This document shows positions 56,966-64,000 of a DNA stretch of 64,000 nt, piece after piece. This DNA comes from an uncultured bacterium (GTDB lineage Bacteria > Actinomycetota > Actinomycetes > S36-B12), in assembly GCA_963736365.1 (NCBI GenBank), contig CAVTOM010000001.1, positions 15,758 to 79,757 of the forward strand, written 5' to 3'. The translations under genes were made by a program, and so were the position numbers. Each line of letters begins with the position of its first letter. Position 1 is the stretch's first letter. Under the pieces are notes generated by a model, which was not told where the DNA came from, made no database searches, and worked only from the letters and a program-made list of their open reading frames with translations.

Positions 56966-59056
56966 GTGGCGCCGAAGGCCATGGAGTCCGCAGCGCGACC
57001 CGGTGACGCAGGCGAGGGGGAGTACCGCGCTGTCGCCGAGGGCTACCTCGACCCGCTGTTCCACGCCAGCGACGGCGTGGTGCGGTGGATCGGGCCGTCC
57101 GTGGAGGCGGCGCTGGGCTGGTCACCGGACGAGCTGACCGCGACGTCCCTGGTCAGCCTGTGCCACCCCGACGATGCCGCCGACCTGGCCGCCCTGCTCG
57201 CGCGCGTCGATGCCGGGCACCCGGCTCGGGGGGTCGTGCGCCTGCGCTCGAAGTCGGGCGTGCACGCGTGGGTCCTGCTCTCTGTGGCGGCGGGCGTCGT
57301 CGTCGAGGGGCAGGTGGGGGCGGTGGGGTCCATCCGCGAGATCAACCGCCGCATCCATGCCGAGCAGCAGCTGCGTGGTGATCGCCGAGCACGCCTCCAA
57401 CGTGGTGTTCACCGCAGGACCCGATCACCGCGTGATGTGGGTCTCGCCCAACATCACCCGGATCCTGGGATGGCCGGCAGGCGATCTCGTCGGCCACGAG
57501 GTCGAGGAGCTCGCCCACCCCGATGACGTCGCCGGCCTGAGCGCGCTGCTGCAGCCCTGCTACGAAGGCTCGGATCCGTCGGCGCCGGCCGAACCGCTCG
57601 CGGTCCGGGTCCGTGCCCGCACCGGGGCCCTGCGCTGGGTGGAGGTCGCCGCGGCGACGCTGAGGGACGTGGACGGGACGCCCGGCCGGGGTCGTCGGAA
57701 GCCTGCTGGACGTCGACGACCTCGTCCGCGCGCGTGACCGCATCCGGGACGACGCCATCCGACTGCGGACCGTGCTCGACACGATGCTGGACGCGCACGC
57801 CGTCCTCATCCCCGTGCGCGGCGAGTCCGGCATCGAGGACTTCGTCTTCGCCGACGTGAACCAGACGGCGTGCCGGTACCTCGGCCTGTCGGCCGAGGAG
57901 ATCGTCGGGACGCGGATCACCGACCGGATGCCTGGGAACAGGGCCGTCGGCCTCGTGGCGCTGTACGCGCAGGCGATGGAGACCGGCGAGCCCCTCGTCA
58001 TCGACGACCTGCTCTACCCGGCCTTCGAGCTGTCAGGCACGGACCGCCACTTCGAGGTCCGCGCGGTCCGGTTCGACGATGCCCTGAGCCTCATCTGGCG
58101 GGATGTGACCGACCAGCGCGAGACCGTCGCTGCGCTGGCCGCGTCCGAGGAGCAGTACCGCCTGCTGGCGGAGAACTCCTCGGACGTCGTGCTCCGACGA
58201 CAGGCCGGCGTCGTCCAGTGGGCGTCGCCGTCGCTGACGACGATGCTCGGCTGGGATCCGGCAGGACTGGGTGGGCATGCGGTTCGAGGACGTGGTCCAC
58301 CCGGACGACGCCGTCGGGCTGACGGTCGACGACCTGCAGATCGGGGGAGGAGCGCACCTGGTGCGCCGATTCCGGGTGCGGGACCGCGAGGGCTCCTACC
58401 ACTGGGTGGAGTCCCACGGCGCGCCCTACCGGGACGGGCAGGGGCGCATCGACGGGATCGTGGCGAGCTTCCGCACGGTGGACGACGACGTCGCCCGTCA
58501 GGAGGAGCTCGACCACCGCGCCCGCTTCGACGAGCTAACCGGACTGCTCAACCGCAAGGAGATCCTCGATCGCATGGTCGGGCTCGGTGAGCACGCGCGA
58601 CGCACCGGAGCGGAGTCCGCAGTCCTGTTCTGCGATGTCGACCACTTCAAGTCGGTCAACGACGAGTACGGGCATGCCGCCGGCGACGCGGTGCTGCGTG
58701 AGATCGCGAGCCGCGTTGGGGGCTGCATCCGTCGTCGGGATCTGGCGGCGCGGGTCGGCGGAGACGAGCTGGTGGTCGTCCTGGACGGCGTGCACGGGCT
58801 GCCGGACGCACTCATGATCGCCGAGAAGATCCGGGCGGAGGTCGCGCGCCCGATCGACGTCGAGGGCCGTTCCGTGACGACCAGCGTGAGTATCGGCGTC
58901 TGCCTCGCGATCGCGGGGCAGTCCATCGATGCCCTGATGGTCCGGGCGGACGACGCGATGTTCCAGGCCAAGGCCCGGGGCCGGGACCGGGTCGTCGCGA
59001 TCGGGGATCCGCAGGCCGATGCACACGCGGGTGCGCCCCCGGAGGGCGCTGGCTAG
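56966..59056 (+). pseudogene. Multi-PAS diguanylate cyclase (GGDEF with GGDEL motif), about 3 frameshifts
   Basis: Four PAS-like modules are spread over four ORF-track frames: ..RWIGPSVEAALGWSPDEL.. / ..VWVSPNITRILGWPAGDL.. / ..LDTMLDAHAV..DFVFADVN.. / ..LLAENSSDVV..WASPSL.. The GGDEF domain follows (..VDHFKSVNDEYGHAAGD..RRRDLAARVGGDELVVVL). Junctions are near 57385, 57690 and 58265. Confidence 0.85.
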
Positions 59057-59065
59057 GCTGGATGC

Positions 59066-59602
59066 ATGTCGCTGTCTCGTACTGCCGACCGCCAGCCCTT
59101 CCCTGCCGGGGAGTTCCAGGACGTGCTGTCCGCCAACGAGCGCTACGCCGAGCAGTTCAGCACGTCGGACCTCAGCGGGTGGGCGGCCAAGGGGCTCGCC
59201 GTGGTGACCTGCATGGACTCGCGCATCGACCCGCTCAACGTGCTCGGCATGAAGCCGGGCGACGTGAAGATCCTGCGCAACGCCGGGGCCCGCGTGACCG
59301 AGGACGTCCTGCGCACGCTCGTGCTGGCCAGCTACCTGCTCGGCGTGCAGCGGGTGCTCGTGATGCCGCACACCGAGTGCAAGATGGCCAGCGGCGAGGA
59401 GGCCGACATCCACGCACTGATCGCGGAGAAGTCCGGGGTCGACACGCGCAGCATGGAGTTCCGGACCGTGACCGACCAGGTCGACGCACTCGTGACCGAC
59501 GTGGTGCGCGTGCGCGCCTACCCCCTGCTCCCGCCCGAGCTCGTGGTCGCGGGCGCCATCTTCGACGTGCGCACCGGGCGGCTCCAGCCCATGGACGTCT
59601 GA
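59066..59602 (+). CDS. Beta-class carbonic anhydrase
   Basis: Intact 178 aa. The zinc ligand motifs CMDSR (CxDxR) and HTEC (HxxC) are present. Confidence 0.9.
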   Translation: MSLSRTADRQPFPAGEFQDVLSANERYAEQFSTSDLSGWAAKGLAVVTCMDSRIDPLNVLGMKPGDVKILRNAGARVTEDVLRTLVLASYLLGVQRVLVMPHTECKMASGEEADIHALIAEKSGVDTRSMEFRTVTDQVDALVTDVVRVRAYPLLPPELVVAGAIFDVRTGRLQPMDV

Positions 59603-59606
59603 CGTC

Positions 59607-59990
59607 CTAGGCCACGGTGTCGACGTCCTCGCCGCGAGCGTGGGCGAGGAGCGTCTCGCGCAGCGAGCGCACCGGTGCCGCGGCCGGCACCTCCACCTCG
59701 ACCCACCCATCGGCGGTGAGGCGAGTGGGGTAGACCAGCAACGCGACCTCGGGCATGCCCTGCCGCCGGCCGTCGCGCAGGCTGAAGCGCCACAGGTGCG
59801 AGGGGCAGGTCACGCATCCAGCCCGGATGATGCCCTCCGAGAGCGAGGCTCCGTTGTGCGGGCACACGTCGGTGACGGCGAGTGGCTCCCCGTCGATCTT
59901 GGTGAGCAGGATCGCGCGCCCGTCGAGGACCACTCGGTGCGCGCGTGACTCGGACAGGTCGTCGAGGTGCAGGACGCGGTGGACCTCCAT
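59607..59990 (-). CDS. Rieske (2Fe-2S) domain protein (NirD/ferredoxin-subunit-like)
   Basis: Intact 127 aa. The Rieske ligands CPH (..VCPHNG..) and CxxH (..TCPSHLW..) are present. Confidence 0.85.
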   Translation of the reverse strand: MEVHRVLHLDDLSESRAHRVVLDGRAILLTKIDGEPLAVTDVCPHNGASLSEGIIRAGCVTCPSHLWRFSLRDGRRQGMPEVALLVYPTRLTADGWVEVEVPAAAPVRSLRETLLAHARGEDVDTVA

Positions 59991-59999
59991 GCGCGGCGG

Positions 60000-60197
60000 T
60001 CAGCCGTTGGGGCGCAGGACGGAGACGGGCACGCCGCCGATGGCCCACTCGTCGCCGCTGACCTCGTAGATGGCGACACGGATGCGGCCGGGATCGCCGC
60101 CGAGGGCCTCGGCGGTCGCGTCGGTGAGCCGCCGCATGAGCTCGTGCTTCTGCTCGGTCGTGCGGCCCTCGAGCAGGGTGACCTGGATGAACGGCAT
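60000..60197 (-). CDS. 4-oxalocrotonate tautomerase family enzyme
   Basis: 65 aa. MPFIQVTLLEGRT.EQK has the catalytic Pro-1 after Met and the typical beta-alpha-beta length. Confidence 0.9.
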   Translation of the reverse strand: MPFIQVTLLEGRTTEQKHELMRRLTDATAEALGGDPGRIRVAIYEVSGDEWAIGGVPVSVLRPNG

Positions 60198-60231
60198 GCG
60201 AGCTCCTTCGGGGTCTGGTGGCGGCGGGGGA

Positions 60232-61011
60232 CTAGCGGCAGCCGAGCTCGACGGTCCCGAGCCGGTCGAATCGGGCGACGACGGTGTCGCCGGGGGAGAC
60301 CGCCACGGCCTCGGTGAGTGCCCCGGCCATGACGACCTGGCCGGCGGCGAGGCCGCGTCCGCGGGCGGCCATGCGTCGGACCATCCAGGCGACGCTCGCC
60401 GCCGGGTGGCCCAGGACGGCGGCCCCGGAGGCGGTTGCCAGGAGCACGCCGTTCTTCTCGAAGGCGCACCCGGTCAGGCGCAGGTCGAAGCCGCGGGGCT
60501 CCACCCCCTGCCCGCCGAACACGAAGCCGGCGCAGGAGGAGTTGTCCGCGATGACGTCGGCGCCGGTGAACTTGTACCCGGCGAAGCGGGAGTCGAGCAC
60601 GTCGATGGCGGGGAAGACCAGGGCCGTGGCCGCCAGGACGTGGGCGGCGAGGACGTGGGGTCCGGCGAGGTCGTCCTTCAGCAGGAAGGCGACCTCGGGC
60701 TCGCAGCGCGGCTGGATGTAGTCAGCGCAGGTCAGGGTCTGCCCGGTGTCGAGCTGCATGTCGTCGGTGAGCCAGCCGTAGAGCGGTTCAGAGACGTTCA
60801 TCTGCCGCTGCTTCGCGACGCTGGTGAGTCCGAGCTTGGCGCCGATGACGACGGCACCGGCCTCGACGCGGGCCTGCACCACGGCGTCCTGCACCGTGTA
60901 GGCGGTGTCGGGGTCGAGGTCGGGGTAGGTGTTCGTCAACGGCTCGATCGCGGTCCGGCGCTCGGCGGCCTCGATCAGCCGCGCGGCGATCTGGTCCGTG
61001 GGCAGGCTCAT
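60232..61011 (-). CDS. 4-oxalocrotonate decarboxylase/2-keto-4-pentenoate hydratase family protein (dmpH position)
   Basis: This is the in-frame part of ORF 60232-62070 starting at ATG 61011 (MSLPTDQIAARL..). ..YTVQDAVV......GAKLGLTSVAKQRQMNV.EP.YG.L.. is the MhpD/DmpE/DmpH family pattern. Assignment as decarboxylase rests only on gene order. Confidence 0.8.
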   Translation of the reverse strand: MSLPTDQIAARLIEAAERRTAIEPLTNTYPDLDPDTAYTVQDAVVQARVEAGAVVIGAKLGLTSVAKQRQMNVSEPLYGWLTDDMQLDTGQTLTCADYIQPRCEPEVAFLLKDDLAGPHVLAAHVLAATALVFPAIDVLDSRFAGYKFTGADVIADNSSCAGFVFGGQGVEPRGFDLRLTGCAFEKNGVLLATASGAAVLGHPAASVAWMVRRMAARGRGLAAGQVVMAGALTEAVAVSPGDTVVARFDRLGTVELGCR

Positions 61012-62070
61012 GCGCGGTCCTCTGCTTCCGTGGTGGTGCCCTGCTCGGCGTGCTTGCGGGCCAGTTCGAGGGCGACGTCGATGATCATGTCCTCCTGGCC
61101 GCCGACGACCTGGCGCCGGCCGAGTTCGAGGAGGATCTCGGCCTGGCTCACGTTGTAGCGCTCGGCGGCGCGCTGGGCGTGCAGGAGGAACGAGCCGTAG
61201 ACGCCGGCGTAGCCGAGGATCAGGCCGGCGCGGTCGATGACCTGCTGGCGTGGCATGAGGGGCCGGACGACCTCCTCCGCGAGGTCCATGAGCTTGAGCG
61301 CGTCTACTCCGGTGCTGATGCCGTACTTGTCGCTCACCGCCGCGAGGATCTCGGTGGGGCAGTTGCCGGCCCCGGCCCCTAGGCCGGCCGAGGTGCCGTC
61401 CAGGTTCCTGGCGCCCTCCTGGAAGGCGGCGATGGAGTTGGACACGGCCATGGCGAGGTTGTTGTGGGCGTGGACTCCCAGCGGCACGTCGAGGGCCTGG
61501 ACGAGTGCGTTGACGCGGACCTTGACGTCCTCGGTCGTCATGGCGCCGGCGGAGTCGGCGATGTAGATGGTGTCGGCTCCGTAGGACTGCATGAGCAGGG
61601 CCTGCTCGACGAGGCCCTCGGGGGTGTTCATGTGGGCCATCATGAGGAAGCCGATGGCCTCCATGCCCAGTCCCTTGGCGACCTTGATGTGCTGCTCGGT
61701 GATGTCGGCCTCGGTGCAGTGCACCGCGATGCGGGCGACCTGCACGCCCATCTCGTTGACCTCGCGCAGGTCGTCGGCCAGGCCGATGCCCGGCAGCAGC
61801 AGGCAGGCGATCTTGGCGTTCGTGGTGACCTCGCAGGCCTTCGCGATGAGCTCCTTCTCCGGCACCGCGGAGAAGCCGTAGTTGAAGCAGGAGCCGCCGA
61901 GACCGTCGCCGTGCGCGATCTCGATGACCTGCACGCCGGCGGCGTCCAGGCCCTTGACGATCGCTGATGACGTCCTCGTCGTGGTACTGGTGGCTGATGG
62001 CGTGCGACCCGTCGCGGAGCGTCGAGTCGATGAGCCGGTAGTCGGGCTGCGCTGCGGTCGTGCTCGTCAT
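61008..62070 (-). pseudogene. dmpG: 4-hydroxy-2-oxovalerate aldolase, frameshifted
   Basis: ATG 62070 gives ..LIDSTLRDGSHAISHQY. After a junction near 61960 it continues as ..AIVKGLDAAGVQVIEIAHGDGLGGS..HAHNNL.. Confidence 0.9.
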
Positions 62071-63015
62071 GCCGACGCTCCTGCCTGCTGGGCGGACGTG
62101 TGGGACGCGATGGCCTCGCCGACCCGCTGCGCGGCGGCGGTCATGATGTCGAGGTTGCCCGCGTAGGGCGGGAGGTAGTCGCCGGCGCCCTCGACCTCGA
62201 GCAGCACGACGACGCGATGCGGGACGACGCCGCCGGGGGTGTGGAACGGACCCTCCTCGACAACCGGCTGGTTCTTCAGCCGGTAGCCCGGCACGTAGGC
62301 CTGCACGTCCTTCTCCATCGCGTACACGGATTCGATCACCGCGTCATGGTCGGTGCCCTCCGGCAGCGCGCCGAAGACGGTGTTGCGCATCATGATCGGG
62401 GGCTCGGCCGGGTTCAGGATGATGATCGCCTTGCTCAGCTCCGCCCCGCCGATCTCCCGCAGCGCCGTCGACGTGGTCTTGGTGAACTCGTCGATGTTCT
62501 GCCGCGTGCCCGGCCCCGCCGACTTGCGACGACACCGTCGACACCATCTCCGCATACGGCAGCGCCTCGACCGCGCGGCGGATCGCGTAGACCATCGGCG
62601 TGGTCGCCTGGCCGCCGCAGGTGACCATGTTGATGTTCGGCGCATCGAGGTGCTCGGTCAGGTTCACCGCGGCGATCACCTTGGGCCCGCGCGCCGCAGG
62701 CGTCAGGTCGACCGCCACGATCCCGGCGTCGGCGTACTGCTTGTAGTGCCGCACGTGCACGTACGCGCTCGTCGCGTCGAACACCAGGTCGATGTCGTCC
62801 GCGTGGTCCAGGATCCACTGAGGACCCTCATGCGGACCGTCGATGCCCAGGGCCTTCGCCCGGGCCAGGCCGTCGGACGCCGGGTCGATCCCCACCAGCG
62901 CCACCAGCTCCAGCGGCGTCGTGCCGATGCCGGACGCGTCCGTGCCCTTCAGCAGCTTCATCATCAGGTCCGTGCCGATGTTGCCCGACCCCAGGATCGC
63001 GCACCGCATGCTCAC
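62067..63015 (-). pseudogene. dmpF: Acetaldehyde dehydrogenase (acetylating), frameshifted
   Basis: ..[28 protein letters not shown].. continues after a junction near 62530 as ..[30 protein letters not shown].. It shares ATGA/GTGA overlaps with both neighbours. Confidence 0.9.
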
Positions 63016-63845
63016 TCACCCGCCATCTCTTGGCCGACTGCTCGTTCGCCATTCGGATCGTGATGGGACCGAGCCGGTCGAAGTCGGCGCGGAACACATC
63101 GCCCGGTGCCACCGGCACCATCGCGTGCAGCGCGCCGGTCATGATCACGCTGCCCGCCGGCAGCGTCGACGCCCATCGGCGCGAGCGTGTTGGCCAGCCA
63201 GGCCACCGCCGCCAGCGGATCGCCCAGCGCCGCCGCCCCTGCACCGGTGGCGACCACGTCGCCGTTGCGCGTGAACACCATTCCGAGCAGCCGCGGGTCG
63301 AAGCCCTCGATCGGGACCACCAGGCGAGCTCAGCGCGATGGCGCCGTTGCTCGCGAGGTCGGCCACCGTGTCGGCGAGCTTGATCCGCCAGTCCCGGCGA
63401 TGCGCGAGTCGACGATCTCCAGGGCAGCCACCAGCCCGGCCGTCGCGCGCAGCGCGTCCGAGGGCGTGCAGTGCGGACCGGCGAGGTCCGCCGAGAGCAC
63501 GACGCCGATCTCCGCCTCGATCCGCGGCGCGATGAACCGGTCCACCGGGATCTCCACGCCGTCGCGGAACACGCCGGACGCGAACACCGGACCGAAGTCA
63601 GGCTGAGTCCACTCCCAGCAGCTGCTGCATCGGCGGTGGACGTCAGCCCCAGCTTGTAGCCGGCCACCGTCTCGCCGTCGGCGAGCAGCAGCTGACACCA
63701 GATGCTGCTGGATGGCGTACCCGTCCTCCATGCCCAGTTCCGGAACAGCGTCCGTGAACGGCTCGATGGGGATCCCCGTGCGACGGGCGTCGTAGAGCGC
63801 CCGGCCCCACTCGCGCGCCTGCTCGGCGGTGACGATCGCGGTCAT
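63012..63845 (-). pseudogene. 2-keto-4-pentenoate hydratase (dmpE/mhpD position), at least 6 frameshifts
   Basis: ATG 63845 follows GGAAGGAG. The family sequence is recoverable only as short runs in alternating frames. The runs are ..GYAIQQHLV / QLLLADGETVAGYKLGLTS / PPMQQLLGVD / QPDFGPVFASGVF..EIVDSRIA / DWRIKLADTVADLASNGAIALS / LVVPIEGFDPRLLGMVFTRNG.. / ..LPAGSVIMTGALHAMVPVAPGD.. Confidence 0.8.
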
Positions 63846-64000
63846 GAACCGCTCCTTCCGGTGGAGGCATCTCGGTACCCGAGTCTGCGACTGATGGCAA
63901 GGCCGGCTTCGACAGTCGGCCGGGCGAAGCGCTTGAGCGAGTCGTTGGTGATGCGCTGGAGGGGCCCGGCCACCGAGACCGACGCCACGACCTCGTTGAG
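63842..64000 (-). CDS. IclR family transcriptional regulator, C-terminal fragment (5' end outside window)
   Basis: The reverse-strand frame reads ...LNEVVASVSVAGPLQRITNDSLKRFARPTVEAGLAISRRLGY..., the usual IclR effector-domain C-terminus. Its stop shares an ATGA overlap with the hydratase start. Confidence 0.7.
   Translation of the reverse strand, partial: LNEVVASVSVAGPLQRITNDSLKRFARPTVEAGLAISRRLGYRDASTGRSGS

Overview
This window is a very GC-rich chromosomal segment that looks like Actinomycetota, possibly Micrococcales-like; I cannot name the genus from sequence alone. I can support about 65 protein-coding genes, one riboswitch and two copies of a palindromic repeat. I saw no rRNA, tRNA, CRISPR array, transposase, integrase or prophage.

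Gene content is mostly core and metabolic:
- a PadR-DUF1048-ABC exporter operon, OsmC, and a class II UvrA paralog next to VOC and AraC genes
- three large multi-PAS c-di-GMP enzymes, two of which flank a CDF metal exporter
- cysK-cysE, and a SAM-IV riboswitch upstream of metY-metX
- a WS/DGAT lipid cluster
- a NifJ-type pyruvate:ferredoxin oxidoreductase translationally coupled to a DHOD-like protein
- the principal sigma factor with a long basic-then-acidic N-terminal extension, and a topoisomerase IV/gyrase B-like subunit
- a dmpEFGHI-ordered meta-cleavage lower pathway operon under an IclR-type regulator

The most striking property is technical. By manual reading, about 25 genes, including rpoD, the topo IV B subunit, cysK and metX, can only be reconstructed by joining two or more frames. 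I count roughly 45-50 single-base frame breaks, clustered at about 41.2-43.6 kb and 63.0-63.8 kb. The flanking protein sequence remains fully conserved, so I interpret most breaks as assembly or sequencing indels rather than real decay. They are typed as pseudogene here because that is what the sequence literally encodes.

I found no convincing novel multi-gene system such as a defence island. The observations most worth follow-up are the repeat family, the long riboswitch leader, the PFOR/DHOD-like pair and the c-di-GMP/CDF operon.

All family calls come from motif recognition by eye, since no searches could be run. Frameshift junction coordinates are approximate, to about +/-15 nt.
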